Assembly: GCF_009914755.1 (NCBI RefSeq)
Contig: NC_060926.1
Reading direction: 5' to 3' (one strand)
Origin: the human T2T-CHM13v2.0 reference genome, Homo sapiens
DNA: 64,000 nucleotides
Shown here: piece by piece, positions 13,415 to 25,644 of the stretch
How positions within the stretch are numbered: position 1 is the stretch's first letter
Layout of the letters: each line of letters opens with the position of its first letter
Notes under the pieces: generated by a model
Told to the model about the DNA's origin: nothing
Database searches by the model: none
What the model saw: only the letters and a program-made list of their open reading frames with translations
Program-made: the position numbers and the translations under genes

Positions 13415-14560
13415 CCTATAGACAAGTGTAATGATTAATTTAGGGTTACTAGCATATCTATCACATTTATTATTTTTTGTGTTAGGAACATTCAAAATTA
13501 TCTCTTCTAGGTGTTTGAAAATAGACAATAAATTATTGTTAACTATAGTCATCCTATAGTGCTGTAGAAAACTAGAACTTATTCCTCCTATCTAGCTGTA
13601 ATTTTGTATTTATTTGCTGTCCTCTCCTTACTTTCTCTCCCTTCTCTTCTTCACAGCCTCTGGTAGTCAGTATTCTACTCTCTACTTCTCCAAGCAAAAC
13701 TCTTTTAGCACCCATGTATGAGTGAGAAAATGTGGCATTTGTCTTTCTGTGCCTGCCTTATTTTACTTAACTATGTTCCCCAGCCTTATTCATGTTGCTG
13801 TGAGTGACTGGATTTTATTACTTGTTATGACTGAATAGTATTCCATTATATATAATCCAATATATAATATATATTAATATACATATAATATACATTTATA
13901 TATTATATATAAATATATTCTATGTAATATATAATAAATAGGAATATATATAATATTATATATATATCCCATTTTCTTTATCCATGTGTCCATTGATTGA
14001 CACTATATCTTAGCTATTGTGAATAGTGCTGCAATAAACATGGGATTGCATATTTCTTGTTGATATACTGATTTTATTCCCTTTGAATAAATATCCAGTA
14101 GTGAGATTGCTGAATCATAGGGTAGTTCTATTTTTAGTTTTTTGAGGAATCACCATACCATTTCCATTAAGATTATACTAATTTACATTCTCATCAGCAA
14201 CATATAAAAGCTTCTTTTTCTCAGCATGCTTGTTAACATTTGTTATTTTCTGTATTTTTTAAAATAGCCGTTCTAACTGAGGTGAGGTGATATCATATTA
14301 TGGTTTTGCTTTGCATTTGCATTTCCCCAATGATTAATGATGTTTAACATTTTTTAATATACCTGTAGGCCATTTGCATTTCTTGTTTTTGAGAAATAAA
14401 TATTCAGCTAATTTGCTCACTTTTAATCAGATTTTTGATGTGTTTGAATTCCTTGTATATTCTAGATATTAATCCCTTGACAGATGAATACTTTGCAAAT
14501 AATTTCTCCCATTCTGTACATTGTCTCTTCACTCTGTTGACTGTTTCTTTTGCTGTAAGA
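13415..14560 (-). mobile_element. LINE-1 (L1MA-type) 3' end, with an internal TA-rich expansion at ~13845-13968
   Basis: ORF 14404-14625(-) includes '[23 protein letters not shown]' (ORF2); antisense L1MA 3'UTR motifs. Confidence 0.9.
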
Positions 14561-17500
14561 AATATGTTAAAACCAAAAACAAACACTACCCATCTTATTT
14601 GTATGATTCTATTTCTCCTAGTCAAAATGGTAGTCAGGAAGGAGAGGCAGAGCTAGATGGCAGAATAGAAAGTTCAACCAACTGTGCACCCCCCATGCAA
14701 GGACACCAAGTTACCAACCATCTACACAGAAAAAATACCTGCATAAGAACCAAAAATCAGGTGAGCATTCGTAGTACCTGGTTTTAAATTCATATGGTAA
14801 GAAAGGCACTGAAGAGATAGAAAAAACAGTCCTGAGTTGTCGATGCCACTCCTGCCCCAGCCTTGGCAGTGGTGGACTGGTGCCGAGAGCTTCTTGTGGC
14901 ACTGGGGAAGGGAAAACACCACAATTATGAGGCATTAAACTCAGTGCTGTTCTGTTAGAACAAAAAGGAGAACCAAACAAAACTCAGCTGAGCCTGCCCA
15001 CAGAGGAAGCATTTAAACCAGCCCTAGCTAGAGGGGAGTCTCAAATCCCAGTGGTCCAAACTTGAGTGCCCACAAACCTCACCAGCGAGAGCCAATGTGT
15101 TCTCAATCTCTAAGTAAACTTGACAGGCGGTCTAGGCCATAAGAACTGGAACCCTTAGGCAAGACCAGAGTCGGTGAACCTCGGGGCACACAACATACTG
15201 ATACACTGGCTGGGGCAGCGAGGAGTGCTGGCATCACCCATGTCCTAACCTCAGGGTGCACAGCTCATGGCTCCAAAAGAGACCCCTTCCTTCTACTTTA
15301 AGAAAGGAGAGGGAAGAGTGAGAAGAACTTTTTCTTGCATGTTGGATACCAGCTCAGCCACAGCAGGATAGGGAACTGGTCAGAATCATGAGGCACTAGC
15401 TCCCAGATGACATTTCTAGACACATCTTGGGCCAGAATGAAACCCGCCAGCTTGAAGAAAAGGAAACAACCCTGCCAGCATCTATCACCTGCTAACTGAT
15501 GAGCCCTTGGGTCCTGAAAAACAAACAGCGATACCCAGGTACTTCATCAAAGGCCTTGGTGAGCCTCTGAGACTTGGCTGGCTTCAGGTGAGACTCAGCA
15601 CATTATCAGCTATGGTGGTTACAGGGCAAAACTCTTCCTGCTTCAGAAGAGGGAAGAGTAAAGGAGACTTTGTCTTGCACCTTAGGTGTCAACATTGCCG
15701 CAGGAGGGTAGAGCACCACCTGGATTCTTGAGGTCACTGATTCTAGAACTTCACTCTTGGACAGCATTTCTAGACCTGCCCTGGAGCAGAGGGGAGACCA
15801 CTGAGCTGAAGGGTGAGCCCCAGGCCAGGCAACATTCACCAAAAGCTGACTTAAGAGAACTTGAGCCTTAAGGGAACATCGGTGGTAGTCTAGCAGGATT
15901 TCTTATGGCCAGGAGTGGTCATGGCTACCAGGTGAGGTACCACTGCCTTTGGAAAGGAGAGAAAAGAGTAGAAGGACTATGTCTTGTGCTTTGAGTGCCA
16001 GCTCAGCCACAATACAATAGAACAGCAAGTAGATTTCTAAGATTTTGACTCTAATCCCTGACTCCCAGGTGGCACTTCTGGATCCACTCAGGGCCTCAGG
16101 GGAACTTGCCACCATGAAGGGAAGGACATAGGCCTGGCTGGCTTTGCCACCTGCTAATTGTAGAGCCATGGGGCCTTGAGTGAACATAGGCAGTAGCCAG
16201 GAATTGGTTACAGCAGGCCTTAGGCAAGACTGCGTTGTCCTGGCTTCAGGACTGACGCAATGCAGTCATAGTGGTGGTGGTCACAAGGGTGATTTTGTCA
16301 CTCCACCACCAGACTTAAGTGGCTCAGAACAAACAGAGAGACTCTGCATGTTTGGGAGAATGTAAGGGAAGAGAACAAGAGTCTCTGACTGGTAATACAG
16401 AGAATTATCTGGGAACTTGTCCAAGACCATCAAGGCAGTACCTCTATGTGTCTGCAAGAACCACAGTGCTACTGGGCTTGAGGTATTGCCTAGAGCAGAA
16501 ACAACTTAGATCATAGCTCCCAAGTCCTTTCAAGTATCTGGAAAGCCTTCCCAAGAGGGACATCTACAAATAGGCCAAGACAGTGAAGACTACCATAAAT
16601 ACATAACTCTTCAATGCTCAGAAACTGAAGAACAACTACTAGCATCATTAACATCTAGGAAAACATGGCCTTACCAAAGGAACTGAATAAGGCATCAGGA
16701 AACAATCCTTGAGAAACAGAGATATGTGACCATTCAGACAGAGAATTCAAAATAGCTGTGTTGAGGAAACCCAAAGAAATTTAGGATAACAAAAATAGAG
16801 AAGGAATTCATAATTCTATCAGAAAAATTTAACAAAAAGATTAAAATAAGTAAAAAGAATCAAGCAGAAATTCTGGAGCTGAAAAATAATGTAATTGGCA
16901 TACTGAAGAATGCCTCAGAGATCTTTAACAACAGAATGGATCAAGCAGAAGAAAGAATTAATGAGTTGGAAGACAGACTACTTGGAAATACACAGTGAGA
17001 GGAAATTAAAAAAAGAGTAAAAATCAATTCAGCATGCCTACAGGATCTAGCCAATAGCCTCAAAATGGCAAATCTAAGGGTTATTGGTCTTAAAAAGGAG
17101 GTAGAGAAATAAATAGGGGTAGAAAGTTTATTCAAAGTGATAATAACAGAGACCTTACCAAATCTAGAGAAAGATATCAATATCCAAGGACAAGAAATTT
17201 ATAGAACTCCAAGCATATTTAACATAAAGAAGACTCACTCAAGGCATTTAATAATCAAACTCCCAAGGGTCAAAGATAGAGAATCATTTCTTTATCTCTG
17301 GATAAAGAAGAGCAAGACAAGCAGCAAGATAAAAAGAAAAGAATAGCGTAGAATGGAGCTCCACTATGTTTGGCAGCAGACTTTTCAATGGAAACCTTAC
17401 AGACCAGGAGAGACTGACATGACATATTTAAAGAGATGAAGGAAAAAGATATTTTACCCTAGAATAGCATATCCAGTAAAAATATCTTTCAAACATGAAG

Positions 17501-18778
17501 GAGAAATAAAGAATTTTCCAGGTATACAAAACCTGAGGTATTTCATCAATACCAGACCTGTCCTTCAAGAAATACTAAAGGGAGTACTTCGATCAGAAAG
17601 AAATGGTCATTAATGCACAATAACTAATCACCTGAAGGTACAAAACTTACTGGCAATAGTAAGTACGCAAAAAACACAAAATATTATAACATTGTAACTG
17701 TGGTGGGTAAACTATTCTTATCCTAATTAAAAAGACTAAATTATGACCCAATCAAAAATAATAACTACAACAACCTTTCAAGCCATACTCAGTATAATAA
17801 GATAGAAACAACAAAAAATAAAAAAGCTGGCAGGGGGAAGTTAGGGTGAGTTTTTACTAGTGTTTATTTATTTATTTTTTGCTTATTTGTTTATGCAAAT
17901 AGTGTTAAGTTGTTATCAAGTTAAAATAATGGGTTATGATAGCATCTGCAAACCTCATGGTAACCTCAATCCAAAAAACATACAATAGATACACAAAATA
18001 TAAAAATCAAGAAACTAAATCATATCACCAGAGAAAATCATCTTTACTAGAGGAAGACAGGAATAAAAGGAAGAATGAAGAGAATACCACAAAATAACCA
18101 GAAAACAAATAACAAAATGACAGGAATATGTCCTTACTTATCAGTAATAATATTGAATGTTAGTGGACTAAATTCTGCAATCCAAAGACATAGACTGGCA
18201 GAATGGACGGAAAAACAAGACCCATTGATCTCTTGCCTACAAGTAACACACTTCACCTATGAAGACACACATAGACCAAAAATAAAGAAATGGGAAAAGA
18301 TATTCCATGCCAATGGAAATGAAAAAGTATCAGGAATCACTATACTTACATTAAAAAAAAGAGATTTCAAGGCAAAAACTATAAAAAGACACAAGGAAGG
18401 TTACTGTATTATGATAAAGGGGTCAATTCAGCAAGAGGATATAGCAATTTTACATGTATATGCACCCAACACTGGAGCACGCAAATATGAAAAGGAAATA
18501 TTATTAGAGCTACAGAAAGAGATAGGTCCCAGTACAAAATAGCTGGAAGTTTCAACATCCCACTTTCAGCTTTGGACAGATCTTCCAGACAGAAAATCAG
18601 TAAAGAAACACCACCTTTAATCTGCACTATAGACCAAATGGATCTAATATATACTTAGAGAACATTTCATTCAAGAGATGTGGAATACACATTTTTTTCT
18701 TCAGCACATGGATCATTTTCCAGAATAGAATATATTGTAGGTCACAAAACAAGTCTTAAAACATTAAAAAAATGAAAT

Positions 18779-18821
18779 ATCAGACAAGATTGGATGTTTT
18801 CAGGATGGTATGGTCATAGAC
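18779..18821 (-). pseudogene. 5S rRNA 5'-fragment (nt 1-43) tailless retropseudogene
   Basis: Reverse complement gtctatgaccataccatcctgaaaacatccaatcttgtctgat matches recalled 5S nt 1-43 gtctacggccataccaccctgaacgcgcccgatctcgtctgat at 34/43, ungapped; flanked by a diverged TSD. Confidence 0.88.
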
Positions 18822-19133
18822 AAAAAGACTGAAATTATATCAACCATCTTCTCTAATCACACTGGAATAAAACAAGAAATTAATAACGAGAGGAATTTTG
18901 GAAACTGTACATATACATGGAAATTAAACAATATACCTCTGAATGATCAGTAGGTCAGTGGAATAATTGAGAAGGAAACTGAAAAACATCTTGAAACAAA
19001 TGATAATTGAAACACTTCATACCAAAACCTATGAGACACAGCAAAAGCAGTACTAAGAGGGAAGTTTACATCTGTAAGTGCCTACATCAAAAAGATGAAA
19101 AACTTCAAATAAGCAATGTAATGATGCATCTTA

Positions 19134-19178
19134 CAATACTAGAACAGATACTAGAACAATACTAGAACAATACTAGAA
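19134..19178. repeat. ~4 copies of the 11-mer caatactagaa inside L1 ORF2
   Basis: caatactagaa-cagatactagaa-caatactagaa-caatactagaa. Confidence 0.92.
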
Positions 19179-19319
19179 TACAGACCGGAAATAAATGAAA
19201 TTAAAATGAAAAAATTACAAAAGATCAATGAAATAAAAAAAAAATTTTTTTTGAAAAGTTAAACAAAAGTGACAAATCTTTAGCTGGACTAAGAAAAAAG
19301 GATAAAAAGATCCAAATAA

Positions 19320-19742
<423 letters not shown>

Positions 19743-22260
19743 AAAATGCACAAATTTTTAGACACATACAACCTATCAAGATTGAACCAGAAAGAAATCC
19801 AAAACCTGAAGGGTTCATAACAGATAATTAGACTGAAGCCATAATTTAAAAAAAAAATGTCTTTTTATAGGAAAGCCCAGGACCTGACAACTTCACTACT
19901 AATTTCTACCAAACATTTAAAGAACTAATACCAATTCTACTCAAACTATTCTGAAAAATAGAGGAAGAGGGAATACTTCCAAACTCATTTTACAAAGTCA
20001 GTATTACATTGATACCAAAACCAGACAAAGACCCATTAAAAAAAGAAACTAAAGACCACTATATCTGATGAATATTGATGTGAAAATCCTTAACAAAATA
20101 CTAGCAAACTGAATTCAACAATACATTAGAAAGATCATTCATCATGACCAAGTGGCATTTATCTATAGGATGCAAGGATGGTTCAACATATGCAAATAAA
20201 TCAATGGGAATATCGTATCGATATAATGAAAGATAAAAACAATATGATCATTTCAATTGATACTGAAAAAGCATATGATAAAATTCAACATCTCTTCATG
20301 ATAAAAACTCTCAAAAAACTGAATACAGAAGGAACACACCTCAACATAGTAAAAGCCATATATGACAGACCCGCAGCTAGTATCATACTGAATGGGGAAA
20401 ATCTGAAAGCCTCTCCTCTAAGATCTGGAACACGACATGGATACCAACTGTCACCACTATTATTCAACGTAGTGCTGGAAATTTTAGTCTGAGCGATCAG
20501 ACAAGAGAAAGATAAAAAAAAGCATCCAAAATGGAATGGAAGAAGTCAAATTATTTTTGTTTGCTGTTGTTATGAATTTATACTTGGAAAAACCTAAAGA
20601 CTACAGGAAAGCTATTAGAATTGATAAATTAAGTACAGTTGCATGATAAAAAATCATCAGTAGATATAGAAATCAGTAGTATTTACATATGCCAACAGTG
20701 ACTATTGTGAAAAAGAAATCAAAATGAGTAATCCCATTTACAGTAGCCACACATGAAATTAAATACCTAGGAACTGACCAAAGAAGCAAAAGATCTCTGT
20801 AATAAAAAGTATAAAACATTGATGAAATAATTTGAAGAGGACACAAATATTGGAAGAATACTCCATGTTTATGCATTGGAAAAATCAATATTGTTAAAAT
20901 GTTCTTATTACCCAAAGCAATCTACAGATTCAATGCAATCCCTATCAAAATAGCAATAACATTCTTCATGAGGAAAAAAAAATTCTAAAGTTTATATGAA
21001 ATAACAAAAGACCAAGAATAGCCAGAGCTATCCTAAGCAAAAAAAAAAAAACAAAACTGGAGGAATCACATTACCTGACTTCAAATTATACTACAGAGAA
21101 ATACTAACCCAAACAGCATGGTACCTGTATAAAAACAGATACAAAGACCAATGGACATAATACAGAACCCAGATGCAAATTCACACACCTACAGTGAACT
21201 CATTTCTGACAAAGGTGCCAAGAACCTACACTGGAGGAAAGATTGTTTCTTCAATAAACGGTGCTGGGAAAACTAGATGTGTATATGCAGAAGAATGAAA
21301 CTAGACCCTTATCTCTCACCATATACAAATATCAAATCAAAATTAATTAATAACTTTAATACCTGAAACTATGAAACTACTACAAGAAAACTTTAGAGAA
21401 AATCACCAGGACATCAGTCTTGGGTCTTGGCAAAAGTTTCTTGAGCAATAACCCACAAACACAGGCAACTAAAGAAAAAATGGACAAATGGGATCACATC
21501 AAGTTGAAAAGCTTCTGCACAGCAAAGGAAACAATCAACAAAGTGAAGAGACCACCCACACAATGGGAGAAAACATTTGCAAACTACCAATCTCACAAAG
21601 GGTTAATAACCAGAATGTGTAAGTAGCTCAAACAACTATGGGAAAACATTGAATAATTTAATTAAAAATGGACAAAAGATTTGAGTAGACATTTCTCAAA
21701 AGAAGACATACAAATGATAATCAGGCATATGAAAAGGTGGTTAACATAATTGATCATCAGATAAATGTGAATCAAAATTACAATGAGATAACATCTCACC
21801 CCGGTTAAAATGACTCACATCCAAAAGACAGACAATAAAAAATGCTGGTGAGGATGTGGAGAAAAGTAGACACTTGTACACTTTTGGTGGGAATGTAAAT
21901 TAGTATAACCACTATGGAGAACATTTGAGGGTTCCTCCAAAAACTAAAAGTTGAGCTACTGTATAATCCAGGAATCCCACTCTTGGGTATATACCCAAAA
22001 AGAAAGGAAATCAGTATACTGAAGAGATATCTACACTCCTATGTTTGTTGCAGCACTGTTCACAATAGCCAAGATCTGGAGGCAACCTAAGTGTCCATTA
22101 ACAGATGAATAAAGAAAATGTGGTACATATACACAATGGAATACAATATAGCCATAAAAAAGAATAAGATCCAGTCATTTGCAACAACATGGATGGAAGT
22201 GGTGATCATTATATTAAGTGAAATAAGACTGGCACAGGTAGACAAACATCACATGTTCTC

Positions 22261-22392
22261 ACTTATTTATGGGATCTAAAAATCAAAACAATTGAACACA
22301 TGGACACAGAGAGTTAAATGACAGCTACTTATTTGTGGGATCTAAAAATCAAAAGAATTGAACACATGGACACAGAGAGTTAAAGGACAGCT
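22261..22392. repeat. 66-bp tandem duplication in the L1 3'UTR
   Basis: 22261-22326 vs 22327-22392, 3 mismatches. Confidence 0.97.
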
Positions 22393-22536
22393 ACCAGAAT
22401 CCTCAAAGAATGGGTTGTTGAGGGGGAAGGTGTGAACGGTTAGTGGGTTAAAAGAAATAGAAAGAATGAATAAGACCTAGTATTTGATAGCACAACAGGG
22501 TGACTATAGTCAATAATAACTGTACATTTTAAAATA

Positions 22537-22616
22537 TTAGGTTGGTGCAAATGTTATTATCGTTTTGGCATTTTAAAGTAATTGCAAAAACCATAATTTC
22601 TTTTGCACCTACCTAA
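22537..22616. mobile_element. MADE1 (Hsmar1-derived MITE)
   Basis: 80 bp; TIRs ttaggttggtgcaaa ... tttgcacctacctaa; TA duplication at 22535-36 and 22617-18. Confidence 0.95.
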
Positions 22617-23164
22617 TAAGTTGAAGGGTGTAATTGGATTGTTTGCAATTTAATGGATAAATGCTTGAGGGGATGGACACCCCATTCTTCATGATGTACT
22701 ATGTCGCATTGCATGCTTGTATCAAAACACATCAGGTATCCGATAAATATATACACCTAGTATGTACCCACAAAAATTGAAAAATAAATTTAAAAAATTT
22801 TTAAAAAAAGAAAAAAAATGTGGTGATTAGTTTTTTCTGCCTATGGTTACACCAGATTTCATTTTCTTCCTATGATATCAGTAGGAAAATTAGTTGCAAA
22901 CCAGTACAGACTGAATGAGCTGACAGAATGTAATATACAAGTTTAAAATGTATAAACAAATCCATAAAAGCTACTATATAAAATGTGTAGCCACAAGTTG
23001 AATAATATGCATTAAGTTTATAAGGCTGTAAGAAAAGAAATGAGTAGTCTATGCAGGCAAGCCAGAATACTTCAGAATTCTCTTGTCAACTCCCACCAAT
23101 CACACCCCAGCATTTCATAGTCACTGTTTCCACAGTACATTATACATTGACCCACCTTTGAAGG

Positions 23165-23545
23165 TGTATTATTTTTCTAGGGCTCCCATAACAAAGTACC
23201 GTAGACTGGATGGCTTAAGAGACAAATTTATTTTCTCACATTTCTGAAGGCTAGAAGTCCAAGATTATTGTATTGGCAGCTTGATTTCCTCTGAGGCCGC
23301 TCCTTGGCTTATAGATGGCCATCTTCTTCCTGTGTCTTCTCATGGTCTTTCCTTTATAATTGTATGTGTCCAAATTTCCTCTTCTTATAAGACACCAGTC
23401 ATATTGGATTAGAGACCACCCTAATGATTTTATCATAACTTAAGTACCACTTTAAAGACCTATTTCCAATTGCAGACATGTTCTTAATTGCCAAGGTTTA
23501 GTACTTCCACAAACGAATTGAAGGGACACAATTCAGTCCATAACA
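23165..23545 (-). mobile_element. MLT1B-like MaLR solo LTR
   Basis: tgtatta...ataaca termini; 'cataacaaagtacc', 'ggctagaagtccaagat', 'ggacacaattcagtccataaca'; near-TSD gaagg/gaggg. Confidence 0.92.
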
Positions 23546-24407
23546 GAGGGTTTTGGATTTGTTCAGGTAGAAAACTATCTTTTAACATCTTAATAGGAGT
23601 CCAGTTTCCCTGTCCCTCAAACTCCTCATTCTTGAACAGCTAAGTGTGTTGGAGTGATGTGAGGGTGTTTTGCACATGAGGTAATGATAGGAAGATGAAT
23701 TATTCTTCCTGGCATGAGCATCATTAAGTCTTACTGGACAGTTAATGAGTTCAGTGCTAGATGCTGATGACTTTATACCTTTGTAAGTAATAGAAGAGAA
23801 AAAAAAATTACTGTATTCCATGGATTCATGGGTACTCTATGGGCATACAAATACAATTCTCTTACAAAGCTGAGGTGTTTATTTTATTTTATTTTTGTCC
23901 ATAGACATTCACATACCTCATATAGACCCCTCTAGTGTATAATATTAGCCAAAGAGTTTTAACTCCAAAAGCAACAGATGGGTCAACACTAGAAATTCTG
24001 AAGTACAAAATGGGGAGGTGTCAAATACATCATAATGTATACACAGCTATGACAAAGATGTATCTCAGTATTTTCCTCTTTTCACTATACACCTGAAAGA
24101 ATGAGTTTCTGTGATCCACATAGACTTGAGTCAGTTTATTCTCTTGAGACCAAGTTAAAGCATTACTTAACTTTTTCATATAGTCTCTCAACTTTGGGAG
24201 GATATTAAAGTCCCTAAGTTATTACTAATCCCTTTATATTTTCTAGGTTAATACAGGACTGTGAAAAAGCTGTGGTTGTTTTTATAGAGGGTGGCTGTAG
24301 AGCTTAAAAATTATTAAGTTGTATCTAGTTATTTTCCAGTGGCAAAATACAATGTAACAGCCTAAGCAAAATTATTAGGTACACATAGAAGCAGTGCAGG
24401 TAAGCAG

Positions 24408-24630
24408 AATTCTTGAGTACCTATTATGACCAGGAACATAACTAGGTATTTGCATATAGTATCTTAATCTTCACAATAACCTTATAGGTAAATGTTATAA
24501 TAAGCATTTACAGATGGAGAAAGAGCTAACAGAAGTAACTAAACAATATGCTCCAAGTCACTATATAGTAAGGACCAGAAATTGAACAACTCTACTCTTC
24601 TCAAAATCCATGCTCCTATCATTACACATT
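24408..24630 (-). mobile_element. MIR SINE
   Basis: 'taatcttcacaataaccttataggta...atttacagatggagaaa...ccaagtcac' antisense MIR core. Confidence 0.75.
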
Positions 24631-24913
24631 AAGACTGCTTTTGCTAGTAAAACCATCATCCAGTTCAGTATACTGTGGTTCCTCAAACAACTGGTTCCAT
24701 GGGACTGGTGTAACTGCATATTAATTTCTTCTTGTCTTCTTCCCTTTTCCAGGTGTTGTATTATTGTTAGGGAATTCTGGTAACCACCATGGGGGTAATG
24801 CCAACATGTCTTATTTTTTATTTCATATCAAACACTTTATCAAGAAAATAACACATTTAAACTCAAATGTAATTCAGCATAGCCATCAGACAATGACTTT
24901 TACTAATGCTCAA

Positions 24914-25159
24914 TTTTTTTTTTTTTTAAACTCGGTTTCCTCCTTGTCACCCAGGCTAGAGTGCAATGGTGCGATCTCGGCTCACGCAACCGTTGCCTCC
25001 TGGGTTCAAGCAATTCTCCTGCCTCAGCCTCCCGTGTAGCTGGGGTTATAAGCATGTGCCCACACTCCTGGCTAATTTTTTGTATTTTTAGTAGAAACAG
25101 GGTTTCACCGTGTCGGCCAGGCTAGTCTCAAACTTCTGACTTCAAGTGATCCGCCAGCC
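24914..25159 (-). mobile_element. AluS-type, 5'-truncated
   Basis: Lacks the first ~45 nt of Alu; TSD tgctcaa at 24907-24913 and 25160-25166. Confidence 0.93.
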
Positions 25160-25644
25160 TGCTCAAGTTCTTCTACCATTCATTATTCAGGTATCTGGCA
25201 CACATCCACATGCACGCACATACACACACACAGAGACACATGCACACTATCTCTTCACATAAGACAAACTTTCAAATCAATTTAATTCTAGCACTGAAAA
25301 TAGTAATAATTAGTTTCATATAGGTCTGTGAGTGTTTAAAAATTTTCCTAAATACTCCCTGGCTCCACCTGGCAGAGCAGTCCCTAAGTGCCAGGCTACA
25401 GTTTTCTATGTCAGGAAATGACTTAAAACCAAAGCCAAGAGTATAACTACCCGCTCCGGATTAAAAGTCATTCATTTGTTTTAATATTGTATACATTTAC
25501 CCATATTCTTAGATTCTGAAGTATATTCTCCAATATCCAAGTTGGCTTTCCATTTCCTTCATCATTTCCCAGTTTATATGTGTCTAGCTTGAACTTCGGG
25601 CCAGATCTGTATATTTGGAGTCACTACTGACTGTTTCTCTTCTC

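Noticed and set aside
18075-18542. 155-aa endonuclease-like ORF and other L1 ORF pieces (8658-8969, 20178-20492, 21420-21626)
   Set aside because: Fragments of dead L1 ORF1/ORF2 with stops and frameshifts, not host genes or an active element.
24720-24790. Strong + strand splice acceptors (also near 2854, 12550, 60283, 63157, 63591)
   Set aside because: No consistent donor pairing or recognisable peptide; such sites are frequent by chance in T-rich DNA.
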